A DNA stretch of 64,000 nucleotides, from NCBI GenBank assembly GCA_963713605.1, contig CAVQMO010000001.1:800001-864000 (forward strand), read 5' to 3'. Under the pieces are notes generated by a model. That model was not told the origin of the DNA. It searched no databases and worked only from the letters and a program-made list of their open reading frames with translations. The DNA comes from an uncultured Nitrososphaerales archaeon (GTDB lineage: Archaea; Thermoproteota; Nitrososphaeria; Nitrososphaerales; Nitrososphaeraceae). The position numbers and the translations under genes were made by a program. Below are positions 31,542-43,543 of this stretch, piece after piece (position 1 is the stretch's first letter; each line of letters opens with the position of its first letter).

Positions 31542-32934
31542 TTACTCTCTTTTTCCAATCAGATTTGAACGTGAGAACACTCTTTCTACGTCTTCAGCCT
31601 TCATTAAGCCTTCTTCTATTACTATGTCCTTCACATTCCTGTTTGTTTCCAGTGCTCTCTTGTAAATTTCGGACGCCTTCGTATAGCCTATGTAGGGGTT
31701 TAAAAGAGTCACGAGTACCGGGCTTCTATATACATACTTAGAAAGCTTTTCTGCATTTGCTTGAATGCCCTCGATAAAATTGGCTGTGAATACCGGGAGA
31801 AACTTCCTGAGCATATCCATAGAATCTAGAACCCATTTCGACATCCCTGGGAGCATCACATTCAACTCAAACTGGCCCGCTTGTGATGCCATTGTAACCG
31901 CCAGATCATTACCAATAACGTTAAAGCAAATCATGTTGAGACATTCGGCCAAAGATGGATTAATCTTGCCTGGCATTATCGAAGAGCCTGCATGCACGGC
32001 TGGAATGACTATTTCGGCGAAACCCGCAGTAGGCCCGGACGCCATGAGCCTAACATCATTAGTCAGCTTAATTAATTCTATTGCGAGGTTTCTGATTGAC
32101 GATGAGTAACATGTGACGTCAAATCGACTCTGTAGTGCAAAGTAAAGATTTTCAGATGATTTCATGTTTAGCTGCGATATGTCTCTAAGATGGCGAATTG
32201 ATGCTTCCCGGTATCCAGCCGGTGAATTAGCGCCACTGCCCACGGCCGTACCTCCTAAGGCAACAGCATACAGGTTTTCCGATGCTTGCACTATTTTCTG
32301 TCTGGCACTTTCAATTGAAGAACAATATCCGCTAAATTCATCTCCTAATGTGATAGGAAGTGCATCCATCAAGTGGGTTCTCCCAATTTTCACAGTATCA
32401 TTAAATTCTATGCTCTTGTTATTCAGAGACTTGATTAACAGATCAATGGCCTGTAAGAAATTATTTAGACCCAATAGTATTGACAGATGCATTGCAGTGG
32501 GAAATGTATCGTTACTTGATTGAGACATGTTTACATGATCATTGGGGTTGATTATCTCATACTTGCCTCTCTCCTCGCCAATCGTTTCTAGTGCAATATT
32601 TGCGATTACCTCGTTAATATTCATGTTAAAGGCAGTTCCAGCACCTGAATTAATGGGCTCAATGATGATATGATCCAAGAACTCACCCGAAAGTAATCTA
32701 TCGCAAGCCTTTACGATTGCGCTGGAAACTTTCTCAGGAAGAACTCCCAGTTCGCAATTGGACAAAGCCGCACACTTTTTGATCATAGTGTATGCTCTAA
32801 TTAAATCCGGGTGTGATCTTTGCCCCGAAATATTATACTGATTGCTGGCTCTTACAGTAAAAGGGCCATAATATGCATCAAAAGGAACCTTAATCTCTCC
32901 TAGAGAGTCCTTGTCAATTCGAAAGGTGAGACAT
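31542..32934 (-). CDS. aspA: Aspartate ammonia-lyase / class II fumarase family (apparent frameshift just after the ATG at 32934)
   Basis: The frame extends upstream of the ORF as FRIDKDSLGEIKVP.DAYYG; GAGTAFNMN, NMSQSSND, KIGRTHLMDA, GSSIMPGKINP. Confidence 0.88.
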
Positions 32935-33954
32935 GGATCTCTGATGACTACGATGGTAGCATGTTAATAAATCCATCGAAGCCGTCTTCCATGCCCGCAT
33001 AGGCATGTAGCGACTCGAGGTCATTCCCTTTACAAAAGGCTAGATGTCACAAATTAAGGCTTAGGTTTGAATCTGGAACAATTATTTCTGACACTCAAGG
33101 TACTTACTTGTTGTGGTTGAATCTATCCCCCTATGGTTAAATCAAGTCGATATTGGTAATTTCTATTGCAAGGGGATGTCCAAATTCACGAGGAGAATAG
33201 CCCAAAACTCTATGACCTATTCCAACATTGATTCAAGGAGTATTTAGGTACATTATCAGCTTTATTGCTGCTGCTTAGCAACTACATTGAACTTTTGGAT
33301 ATTTATGTTGCTGATTCTGTTCATGGTTTGATGAGCGTTTTCACATCAGAAGAAGTGAGCAGGAAGCTCGCGGATTTTGGTATAATAATGAAATATATGC
33401 CATTCCTCCAGGAACATGGTTTCTCTGAATTTGGAAAAGGGCAATTGACAGGTAAAATGGAATTACTCAAAGAGGGCTTCTCGGATTCTACGACGAATCA
33501 TTCAGAGCAGCAACTTGATCGAATTAGCGCTGGTCGGGTTCATCTAAGTTCTCGTGATTACGAGGAACAAGTTGTGATAACGTCTAGTACCCCGTCTATT
33601 GGGGCCCCACCCATTTAGAGGACTCGAACAACAAGAGGCAGAATTTTAATGATGGAGAAAAAAATCCTATGGGCAGTAAGACAGCTGAGAGAACCGATGT
33701 TCAAAGTAAGGGGAGAAAATATCTACTTGAAAATAACAGATGGAATTTCAAGAACGACGATGAATCATCATGGGTAACGCGAATCAGAAAATTAGCTGAT
33801 ATGTAGTTCCTAATTTGTGTGCGTTTGAAACTTTCGACCAGCAAAAGAAGCGACAAAAATCTAACTACATGAATCATTATGCTAAATTGTGTAAAAAAAG
33901 TGGACAGCCATAGTATAATAAACGGGCCATTTCCTTGTTGTCTCAACTAGCTCA

Positions 33955-34308
33955 CTACAATAGCTTCAGATCCTTGGTTATTCGATCGATTAGTGGGGAT
34001 GGGGCAGGCCCAATTCCCAGACATGTTATGGTCCCTGCGGGAAGTTGTGTTAACCCCCTATCTTGTATCTGAACTACTGGAAGACCTGAAGTTTGTGCCT
34101 TCTGCTTAATGTTGTGTAAATCCTCAAGAGAAAGAACTTTAACGACCACTTTAGCCTGACCGGAGTTAAACCATTTCATAAACCATGAAGGATTACTCGT
34201 CATTACTTGCTCTGCTCCAGATACAGCTGCGTGAGCTACCTGGGCAGCTAACTTACCGATACCCATTCGAAGCTCCTTCCTTACCACGATTACCTGCTTG
34301 AATTCCAT
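33955..34308 (-). CDS. pth2: Peptidyl-tRNA hydrolase Pth2
   Basis: KQVIVVRKEL.MG.GKLAAQVAHA, GQAKVVVKV, IQDRGLTQ, GIGP. Confidence 0.95.
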   Translation of the reverse strand: MEFKQVIVVRKELRMGIGKLAAQVAHAAVSGAEQVMTSNPSWFMKWFNSGQAKVVVKVLSLEDLHNIKQKAQTSGLPVVQIQDRGLTQLPAGTITCLGIGPAPSPLIDRITKDLKLL

Positions 34309-34365
34309 TCTTGTACGACGTTAGCTTAGTTAATAAATCGAGTTATTTATTTCCAATACGAAGTA

Positions 34366-35566
34366 ATGAACAGAACCAAGTACGATGTGGTAGTAGTAGG
34401 TGGTAGTCTCTCTGGATTATTGACGGCTCGAGAGATTGGTTCAAATTCGTCAATCTCAGTCAAGGTCTTAGAAGCGGACCACGAAATTGGTACTCCCGAG
34501 CATTGTGGAGGGCTAGTGAGCCTCAGCGGTTTGCGGAAGTTGGGTATAGTCCCGTCTTCTAGAACGTTTAGAAACCATATTACAAGAGCCAAAATATGTT
34601 CAAGATATTCCTCCTTTGTAGTTGATGCGAAACTACAGGATGTGGTGGCCATCGATAGGAGGGAATTAGATAAGCAGATTGCTTTTCAAGCTCAAAAACT
34701 TGGCGTTGAAATAACAACGATGAATTCGATGAAGTCAGTCTCGACATGTCCTAAAATAGATGAGAATCTATCTCACAAAGTCGAAAATTGGTACACTTAT
34801 GCCGTGAACACTGCAGAAGGGACAGTTTATTGCAAGTATTTTGTGGATGCCAGAGGATTGGCGTCACTAATAAGAAGACATAGAACTGGGATATTGCCAT
34901 CAGCACAGTACGAAGTGTTCGCTCCGTGGATAGATCCTGATACTGTGGAGCTGTATTTTGACGCAGATAAATATCCAGGTTTTTTTGCTTGGATAATTCC
35001 TCTAGGAGAGAACAAGGCGAAAATAGGCGTAGCAGGTAAAGACATCAATATAGTAAATTCCATCAATTCATTTCTCGAATCAAAAGGTTCTTCATATTCG
35101 ATATCAAGAAAGATATTTGCCCCAATTTATGTATCAGGACCGATAAGGCGTTTTATCGATGGACACAGGTTCTTGATCGTAGGAGACGCTCGCTGGCCAA
35201 ACGAAACCTACAACGGCTGGGGGTATTCTAAGTTCAGGAACGGGGGGAGTGCTTGCTGGTCGGGCAATCGTTAAGGCGATAGAGCAAGAAGATGACTCAT
35301 TTCTGAAAAACTATCCTCGTGAATGGCACTCTATGTTTGGGTTCGAATTCAAAAAGTTGATCCTTGCTCGGAAGTTATTCGAACATTTGGACAACAAGGC
35401 CATCGATGAACTATTTTCATCGGTCTCCCAGCCAACTCTAGCTCGAATCTCTCAGGATGGGGAATTCGACTTTCATTCGGCTCCCCTTTCATTAATTCTT
35501 AATGCAAAGTCTACCTCGAGGATAGTTAAGGGTCTCTTGGAAAGCAGATTAAGGAGAGCCAAGTGA
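34366..35566 (+). CDS. Geranylgeranyl reductase-family FAD oxidoreductase (apparent frameshift ~35190)
   Basis: YDVVVVGG, P.HCGG, PGFFAWIIP, VGDA, then GQTKPTTAGG in the second frame. Confidence 0.85.
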
Positions 35567-35609
35567 GCAAGATATAAATCCCGTGGAGAAACCATACTAG
35601 AAGATATCA

Positions 35610-35789
35610 ATGCCAACTTCGTTACAATTGCCCGTATGCACGTCATGTGGTCGTCCTATAATGCCAAACGATGAGTGCGTTAAATTTTATTGTCCCAGTT
35701 GTGGTTATGTATTAGTTTGGAGATGTGAAAGCTGTAGAGAATTCGCTAGACTGTACAAGTGTGTAGGATGCGGATTCGAAGGACCTTAA
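35610..35789 (+). CDS. 59-aa multi-CxxC zinc-ribbon protein (DUF1610/HVO_2753 family), not in the ORF track
   Basis: MPTSLQLPVCTSCGRPIMPNDECVKFYCPSCGYVLVWRCESCREFARLYKCVGCGFEGP*; usual position upstream of EF-1beta. Confidence 0.92.
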   Translation: MPTSLQLPVCTSCGRPIMPNDECVKFYCPSCGYVLVWRCESCREFARLYKCVGCGFEGP

Positions 35790-35795
35790 TTAGAA

Positions 35796-36077
35796 ATGTC
35801 CAAACTAGTTGTCCGTGTCAAAATTTTACCATCTGATGCAGAAACAAATCTAGACGAGGTTTCAAAGTCACTCTCAGAAACAATTCCGTCGGGAATGATA
35901 TTGAATGCCGTTTCCAAAGAGCCGGTTGCATTTGGTTTATTCTCACTGTTAATTGATTTCATCCTCGATGATAGTGAGGGTCAGATGGATAAACTTGAGA
36001 ATTTTCTTGGCAGAACCGAAGGCGTTGGACAGTTTGAGGTTGTGGCTATGAGCAGAAGATCAGTGCAGATTAAGTAA
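35796..36077 (+). CDS. ef1b: Translation elongation factor 1-beta
   Basis: VRVKILPSD, EPVAFGL; 93 aa. Confidence 0.92.
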   Translation: MSKLVVRVKILPSDAETNLDEVSKSLSETIPSGMILNAVSKEPVAFGLFSLLIDFILDDSEGQMDKLENFLGRTEGVGQFEVVAMSRRSVQIK

Positions 36078-36469
36078 ATTTTGCACTTTGCATCCGTGTT
36101 TTAGCGGCTCATGATTCTTGTGAGCTGCTCAATTACAATCGAAGCGGTTTTGTTCTCCAATCTAGTCGAAACTCAAAAGAAAGGCAGATACTCTAACTCA
36201 ATAGAAGGCAAGGTCAATGGTGGAGACGTCCGTAGTTTTGAAACGTCGTAGATTTTCTGCTCGCCTTTTTATTTTCCTCTGAATAAAATAGATTTTTTTT
36301 GAGCCATGGAGGGGATCAGGAATATTCCTATCATGAACAGCCTTGGGCCCAATGACTAAGAAAACTATGAGGATTTTCAAGCAACGTATTGAAAAAGATG
36401 GCCTCGGCAAAGAAATGGAAAAAGAAATGCCGATTAAATTCGAGGTTTTCCAAAATCGAAATGTGTGAA

Positions 36470-37386
36470 TCAGAACCTTACATAGAATAGGGCGTCCAAA
36501 GCAATGCCGACAAATAGAATAACTAAGTAAGGCGCAGTAACTTTGTAGGCCTTCCAAGCAAATTCCGGGGTTGGCTCCTTCGCTAATTTATAATGGTAAA
36601 TTAGCATTAACGAACCAGCGATAGCTGCTATAATTGTATATAATACTCCTAGCCCAAAGAAATAGAGAGCTAATGAATAAGGCAGTAACAGTGCTGTATT
36701 GTAAAAAATGTATGTCGCAGTTTTCTGGTTTCCAACCAGTACAGGCAGCATCGGAACGTTTATTGTAACATACTCTTCCCGAGCCTTGATAGCCAAACAC
36801 CAAAAGTGTGCGGGCGTCCATAAGAATACCAATAGTCCTACCAAAAATCCCAGCAAGTCTATAGAACCTGTTGCAGCAGACCACCCAGCCCAAGAAGGCA
36901 GCGCTTCCTGCAAAACCGCCAATTACGATGTTGGATGGATTATTCCGCTTGAGCCAAATTGTATAAACTACTACGTAGATGAATATTCCTAATGCGATCA
37001 TAGCTCGCTGTCACCAAATTTAAAGTCAATACCGCAAGAGAGACCGAAACCGCACTTAGGAGAAGCCCGAAGAATAGCACCTTCTGCGGGAGTAACCTAC
37101 CCGAGGGAATTGGCCTTTTTGATGTTCGTTGCATAACTTTGTCAATATCCCTGTCGTAATAGTGGTTCAAGGCACTCGAGCCCATAGATGCCAAGGCTCC
37201 AGTTATAATCAAGAAAAGGAGGCTCCACATTGAGATATCCCAACCCACCTCGGGAGTATTATCAAACCTACTCGCCGCCAGCATAGAGGTTATTGCCGTA
37301 ATAACAAGAACTACTACAATTCTGGGCTTGGATACTTCCAGATACTCTCTCACAGCCACATTTTTGGACCTTAGATGAGCTCTCAC
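36470..37386 (-). CDS. cyoE: Protoheme IX farnesyltransferase (heme o synthase); two apparent frameshifts
   Basis: [53 protein letters not shown]. Confidence 0.92.
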
Positions 37387-37469
37387 TATTCTACCATTTA
37401 ACTCATTCGCCTATTTGAATGAGCCAGAATGCGAATATTCAGTGTGACCTCAAACTGCATTCCTTCGCA

Positions 37470-37761
37470 TTATTCCCTGATACTTTCAAGAGTAGAAACT
37501 ACTTGCCAGAGCATTGTCCGGATGTGTGATTCCATTTGTCTATTTTGAGTCAGTCCATCAAGCATACTTACGGCATTAGCTCGCCCTTACTGTGATAGTA
37601 CCAGATTTCTCATCCTTCAAAGTTGCCAAAACATCTTTTACAAGGTTTCTAGTATTCCTTTGTATATCCCTATTCTTAACTATGGCATCCAAACTCGAGA
37701 TGGTCTTTGTCAATTTTTCAAGGTTCACTCTCTCATTCTCTTCTTTTTTACGTGCGCTCAT
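37470..37761 (-). CDS. UPF0147-family protein (apparent frameshift ~37580)
   Basis: DIQRNTR...VRA then NAVSMLD..TQNRQMESHIRTMLWQVVSTLESIRE*. Confidence 0.8.
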
Positions 37762-37843
37762 ACAAGATTAATAAAATGTTCCCCATTATTTGCTTTAGCG
37801 CATAAGAAGGTTATTAGGCCGTTTATCCTAATGCTACAAAATA

Positions 37844-38482
37844 ATGGCTATAGCAGCTGAGAATGTAAAGGCAACATTAAAGAAAATCTCATCAGAGTTA
37901 GATGATGTCGAACATAGACGGGAGCTATTAATCAAAGGGACAAGGGGGGTGATCATGAAATGCAGCAAATCTATTATGGCATTACATAGAGGGAGGTTCG
38001 AGGATGCCGCCAAACTCCTTGAAGAGGCTCAGGCTGAATTAAGCTCTCTCAGGTCATACGTACGTGACGACCTTGAAAGGTATCTTATCAATGCTGAACA
38101 GGAGTTAGTCGAAGCATACCAACTCAAATGTGTGTATGAAAAGACCAGCCTTGCTGCGAAAGAGGATCTGAATGTCGCAACTTCGTCGTACCTTCTAGGT
38201 CTTTTGGACTCCATAGGTGAGATAAAGCGAATGATTTATGACAATTTACGAACTGAACGAACTTCGGATGCATTGAATTTGTTTGCTTTGATGGAAGAAC
38301 TATACAGCTCAATTTATCCTTTTTCAGTTTATGACAACATTGTCCCCGGAATTAAGAGGAAGTTGGATGTGGCAAAGCTGCTCATCGAAAATGCTAGATC
38401 AACGCTCACAGAGGAATCCAGTAGGAATTTGCTTATCAAAAAAATGGGTATTTTGGAGAAGCAATTAGGAACTTCAAACTAA
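37844..38482 (+). CDS. Translin-family protein
   Basis: RELLIK.TR, AEQELVEA, YLLGLLDSIGE.KR, KRKLDVA. Confidence 0.85.
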   Translation: MAIAAENVKATLKKISSELDDVEHRRELLIKGTRGVIMKCSKSIMALHRGRFEDAAKLLEEAQAELSSLRSYVRDDLERYLINAEQELVEAYQLKCVYEKTSLAAKEDLNVATSSYLLGLLDSIGEIKRMIYDNLRTERTSDALNLFALMEELYSSIYPFSVYDNIVPGIKRKLDVAKLLIENARSTLTEESSRNLLIKKMGILEKQLGTSN

Positions 38483-38546
38483 AATTATGCTTTTTGGTCT
38501 ATAGATATCCTTCACCACAGATCTTATAACTATCAGATAATCATAT

Positions 38547-39987
38547 CTAATATCCCATAATTTCCATCAGGCCATTTTGCCATTCGGTAAACCCATCGGG
38601 AGCACTAGGATAATCATTATAATGTTTGACAAGCAAAGCATTTACCTCTGCAGTTCGCTTCAAAGATGCCGCCAGCTTTTGATTCATTACACTTGCAAAT
38701 ACAAGTCCCATCTTTCCGACAAGGCCGAATTCTGGATGCTCACCATTAGTTATTTTTTCTACATCGAACTTTGAGATAAAATGCTTCATCCCATAATTAA
38801 TTTGCTCATTGGAAAGTCCTTGCAACATACGTCTAAACACCTCAAGACCGGCCGTCTTGTACCCGTATTCATCTATAAATTCCTTGTTATAGTCCCATAA
38901 ACCTGCCTCAGAGATATTTCCTCGCTGAATGGCATTCACTGCATGTTCTCCTGCAAGCGTAGCTGCGATTATGGCCGGACCAATCCCCCCCGCATCCAAG
39001 GGCTTTGGCATCCAAGCTGAATCCCCAACAAGCATATACCCATTTGCCACCATGCAGTCATTCTGCCTGCGAACTGAGACCTGCCAGGTCCCCCATGAAT
39101 TTCCGCTATCTTGATCCTCATCTGATAATCTAGGGTTGTGAACAGCAGGATTTGAATTTAGGTAATTGTCTATTAAATGCTTAAGATTGACGCTCTTACC
39201 ACTTTTTTTATTCATCTGATCTAATGCTTTTTGTTGGACTCCTAATCCGATATTTGCCTTCAAATTACCCTTAGGGAATACCCACGCGTATCCACCAGGA
39301 GCAATATTTTGGTCTAGATGTATTATACAATATTCTGGGTCAAAATATGTTTTGTCATCAATGCCAACATTGAATGTGCATATGTATCTCCCCGTTGCCT
39401 CCAAATCGTCTCTCTGTATCTTTCTCTGAATGTAGGAGTTAACCCCCAGGTTTGTTCTCAGGACCTGAGGTTACTCCTGTGCAATCAATGACAACTGAAG
39501 ATGTTTTCCTGAACGGAGCTCTCTCTTTCAAGTCATCGCCTTCAACTCCTATTACCGTATTTCCATCGGTAATTAGTCCTCTTAGCATAATGTTCCCTCT
39601 AAGGTCAACACCCCTAGATATGGCGTCTCTAGCTTGCCTCTGTGGCAGGAGCTTTCTATTCAAAATATAACCCTCTCCATCAAATGAAATTTTCGTTTCA
39701 TGATTGGGAGAGTAGGCGACAACTCCTTTTACTGGATGTTCAATTTCAGGATACTGCCAATTTATATTTATTCTATTATTCATGTAGTCGACGGGTTTCT
39801 TACCAACTGCATCACCGCAAATCCAACCCGTCAGTGTCTTTTTACCTAAAGATTCTATATCATTTCTGTCTACTACCAAGATTCTTAGCGTTTGTGATGA
39901 GTAATGAGCAGCTGAGCATGCAGCAATCATGCCAGACAAACCCCCGCCAGCGATTATGATGTCGTAATCTCTGTTAACAGCAGACAT
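38547..39987 (-). CDS. Digeranylgeranylglycerophospholipid reductase-family FAD oxidoreductase (apparent frameshift ~39460)
   Basis: YDIIIAGGGLSG, ICGDAV, APGGYAWVFPK, VGDSA..PKPLDAGGI. Confidence 0.87.
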
Positions 39988-40062
39988 GGTCCTATAGGCG
40001 TCAATTGCTGCATCTGTATTTAAAGTTAAGTTGACCTAAGATTCTGATTCCCCTGTAAGGTC

Positions 40063-41829
40063 CTATTTGACAGTCACTGATTTGGCGAGGTTTCTAGGAT
40101 AGTCTGGGTTTGTATTTTTCTCAAGTGCTAGATAATATGCAATCATTTGAAATGGTATTACCTCCAAAAGAGGACATAAAGTTTCATCCATTTCTGGAAT
40201 TGATATAAATTGATCATATACGTCACTTGGTGAACTTCCAATACCTATCAGCGATGCACCTCTTGCCTTTATTTCGTGAGCATTGGCCTTCACATCGTCG
40301 AAGGTAGAATCGTTTGGGTTCAGTACCAGAATACAGCTATTCTTGTCCATGAGTGCTAGGGGTCCATGCTTCAGCTCACCAGCCGGGATCCCTTCCGCAT
40401 GAACGTAGCTCAACTCCTTGATCTTCAGAGCTCCCTCAAGTGCAATGGGATAATGGATTGATCTGCCCAATACATAGATGTCTTTCGCGTCCTTAATTTC
40501 GTTAACGATTTGCTCAATCATGCTCTGATTATCGATTAATTCTTTCACTGCATTCTGCAATCTATCTCTCTGGTCTTCCAATCCGATAACTCCTCCGGAC
40601 AATTCATCTATTATGGAATAAAGTAACATCAACTGCGAAGTAAAACTCTTGGTCGCTGCTACTCCAATTTCTGGCCCGCAATTCATGTGAACAGAAATAT
40701 TACTCAACCGTGCCAGAGACGAGGTGGGAACATTCACTATCGAGACGATCTTTGAGCCTAGTAGCTTCGCCTTCTTTACAATCTCTAGAACATCTGCCGT
40801 TTCCCCACTCTGCGAAATGGCTACAATTACAGAGTCAGGCTCAATTTCATCAACTAGATATTGGAATTCACTTGACATGATGGCATCTGACTTTCTTCTT
40901 CCATACCTTGAAAGAAGGTTTTTTGCCACTAATGCACAATGATAACTTGTCCCACTCCCAGTAAAGTACACAAACGGAGCCGATTTCAGTAACTCACTGA
41001 CTTGCTCGATCATATTTTCTTGACCCCTCCCAGATTTAACAATGGTATCTGCCTGTTCATTGATCTCTTTGATGGTAAAATGAGCATAAGTCCCCTTGTC
41101 AATTCCCCCAAATTCCCAAGCCACTTGAGTGATTGGTCTCATGATAGGTGCACCGTCAAAACTAATCATTTCCATTTCCGAGCCCTTCAAGATGACAATA
41201 TCTCTATTGTCTAGGAAAATTGCTCTGTCTGTGTAATTTAAAAATCCTACAACATCGCTGCTTACATAATAACCGTCATTTGAAATACCCACAATTAGAG
41301 GTTCGTCGAATCTAACTCCAGCAATGGTCCCATCACTGAACGCTGCTATAAATGAAAACGCGCCAACCAATTTTTTAGCAGTATTCAGGACCGCTCCTTT
41401 CAGATTGCCAGAATGAACATAATCCTCTTCAAGCAGATGTGCAATGACTTCACTATCAGTTTGGCTACTAAAAATATGACCATTCATTACGAGCTTTGAT
41501 CTTAGCTCCGCGAAGTTCTGAATTATTCCATTATGCACAACTGCTATCTCTCCATTGCAAGATGTATGAGGATGGGCATTCTCCTCTGTGACCATTCCAT
41601 GCGTTGCCCATCTTGTATGACCTATTCCAATTCTGCCAGGCAGTATTCTCAAAAGTAAATTTGAATCCACATCTTCAACTCTACCTACCCCTTTTTTGAC
41701 GCTTACCTTGCCATCATTAATAGTCCCGATTCCTACGCTGTCGTAACCTCTGTACTCCATTTTCTGCAAGCACGTCACTAGAAGAGGAGCAGCTAGAGAC
41801 TTGCCTTTGTACCCGATAATTGAACACAC
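40063..41829 (-). CDS. glmS: Glutamine--fructose-6-phosphate transaminase (isomerizing)
   Basis: GTG-CSIIG (N-terminal Cys), EYRGYDS, GHTRWATHG, SQSGETAD, ELKHGP, PRNLAKSVTV. Confidence 0.96.
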   Translation of the reverse strand: MCSIIGYKGKSLAAPLLVTCLQKMEYRGYDSVGIGTINDGKVSVKKGVGRVEDVDSNLLLRILPGRIGIGHTRWATHGMVTEENAHPHTSCNGEIAVVHNGIIQNFAELRSKLVMNGHIFSSQTDSEVIAHLLEEDYVHSGNLKGAVLNTAKKLVGAFSFIAAFSDGTIAGVRFDEPLIVGISNDGYYVSSDVVGFLNYTDRAIFLDNRDIVILKGSEMEMISFDGAPIMRPITQVAWEFGGIDKGTYAHFTIKEINEQADTIVKSGRGQENMIEQVSELLKSAPFVYFTGSGTSYHCALVAKNLLSRYGRRKSDAIMSSEFQYLVDEIEPDSVIVAISQSGETADVLEIVKKAKLLGSKIVSIVNVPTSSLARLSNISVHMNCGPEIGVAATKSFTSQLMLLYSIIDELSGGVIGLEDQRDRLQNAVKELIDNQSMIEQIVNEIKDAKDIYVLGRSIHYPIALEGALKIKELSYVHAEGIPAGELKHGPLALMDKNSCILVLNPNDSTFDDVKANAHEIKARGASLIGIGSSPSDVYDQFISIPEMDETLCPLLEVIPFQMIAYYLALEKNTNPDYPRNLAKSVTVK

Positions 41830-42009
41830 ACGCATAATTATCTAATAACATAATTAAAAATAGCCAAAAGGACGAAATGACCACTACATTAATGCATTTA
41901 ATCTAGAATCCGTCTTCATTAACGATTTCCGACCCAACACGATAGGATAGAGCCCAAAGTTTTTTTGTACCTGTCATGATTTATATATAATCTTAGCCAA
42001 CGTCAGTCG

Positions 42010-42969
42010 TTGGAAAAGACCCTTCTTTATAATGTGGGCGACAAGATGTTGTCCAAACCGATAACCGTTTATCAAGATGTCAGTCATATGAATGTCCTTT
42101 CTAACCCGGTAGCCTGGAAGATTATGCAATTGCTTTCGTCTGAGCCAAAATATACTGCCCAAGTGGCAAGGGAGCTTAGGATTTATGAACAAAGTGCGTA
42201 TTACTACATGCAAAAACTAGTGCGCATAGGAGCTATCCAGCATTCCGGAACAAAAACAATCAGAGGAGGGACCGCTCGTCTTTTCAAAACGGTCAACCCG
42301 TCCTATGGTTTAGAAATGGACTGGGGAGAGTCTCAATTTAGTGTTCTGTCGAATAACAACCGTCAGGACTCTAGCAACTTAGTTTTCTTTAAAGAATTCA
42401 TAAAAGATAATCTTTTTAACGGACTCATTGTCGTAGGTGCTCCAGATCCACATGGTCCGTACAAATCGTCCGCGAGGGATGGGCATTATGCCATCCAGCT
42501 GGCATTTTCTCTAGGGAATTTGTGCAGTATCTCTGATGAATTCATAGTAAAACTCGATTCTGACGCGAGGGCAGAACGAGCCATTAATGGTCGCAATATC
42601 GTGAGTATAGGGGGCCCCGGAACAAACATAGTTACGGCAGAATTTAACAAATATCTCCCAATTAGGTTCAATGAATCAAACTTTTGGTCTGGCCTGGTCG
42701 CTGAGACAGGGGAGTTATATAATATGGACAATCACGGCTTGATTGCCAAGATACGAAATCCTTATGATGAGAAAAATACAGTAATCGTAGTGGCTGGGGT
42801 AAGGTCTATCGGTACCAAATCCGCCGTCTTAGGACTAACAAATTTTGCAAGCCAAATCTTGAGGAATTATACTGATGGACATGAGTTGGCCATAGTCGTG
42901 CAAGGCTTCGATATGAACGCAGATGGGAAAATCGACCATGTTGACATACTTAAGGAGATTTGCAAATAG
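42010..42969 (+). CDS. ArsR-like HTH transcriptional regulator with a C-terminal alpha/beta domain
   Basis: LSNPVAWKIMQLL..YTAQVARELRIYEQSAYYY HTH; C-terminal IGGPGTN...AG....GT. Confidence 0.72.
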   Translation: MEKTLLYNVGDKMLSKPITVYQDVSHMNVLSNPVAWKIMQLLSSEPKYTAQVARELRIYEQSAYYYMQKLVRIGAIQHSGTKTIRGGTARLFKTVNPSYGLEMDWGESQFSVLSNNNRQDSSNLVFFKEFIKDNLFNGLIVVGAPDPHGPYKSSARDGHYAIQLAFSLGNLCSISDEFIVKLDSDARAERAINGRNIVSIGGPGTNIVTAEFNKYLPIRFNESNFWSGLVAETGELYNMDNHGLIAKIRNPYDEKNTVIVVAGVRSIGTKSAVLGLTNFASQILRNYTDGHELAIVVQGFDMNADGKIDHVDILKEICK

Positions 42970-42986
42970 TCATGAGGAAATTTGAG

Positions 42987-43518
42987 TTATACATTACCTG
43001 ATGTAGATGATGATGGTGATGATGGGGATGTTGATGACTTTGAGAGTTCCAAATGGACAAGGAGCCTATTCTCTTCCTCTTTCCTAACTATGTGCCCTGG
43101 CAAGTTAACAAATCTATCTCCTATTGAAACATGCCCGTGAACAACTATCTGTCGCGCTGCATATGGTGATTTAGTGTCTATCTTTCTCATGATCATAGTT
43201 TGAAGTCTTCTTTCCAACAAGTGCTCTATTTTTAAGTTTAGAATATCATCTAATGAAGCTGTTTCATCTACTAGACCAAGCCGACTGAGGTACTCTGAGA
43301 AGCTTTATCTCCTGCTCATGTCTCTCTTCAGCCGGTAGCGCAAGCAGAGCCCTTGCCTGGTTTCTAAACCCAGCTACTTCAGTTTGAGCTCTCCATAATT
43401 CTCTCTTATTTCGAAGTCCGTATGATCCAATAATATAGAGCTCTGCACTGAGTTGATCAGATGTCCAAATTCTTCTGGGTCTGCTAAACGCTTTCCTTGG
43501 TCTTCGAGGATCTCCCAT
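42987..43518 (-). CDS. rps4: 30S ribosomal protein S4 (uS4), apparent frameshift ~43285
   Basis: MGDPRRPRK, YGLRNKRELWR, LERRLQT, ARQIVVHGH. Confidence 0.95.
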
Positions 43519-43543
43519 TACTCATCCATCCTAAAATTCTTTG

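Noticed and set aside
33000..33946. ORFs 33265..33618 and 33701..33946
   Set aside because: No motifs and weak starts; possibly decayed sequence, not callable
36080..36470. ORF 36198..36557 and a short plus-strand frame (MTKKTMRIFKQRIEKDG...)
   Set aside because: The first overlaps cyoE out of frame; the second is 38 aa with an upstream in-frame stop and no recognisable family
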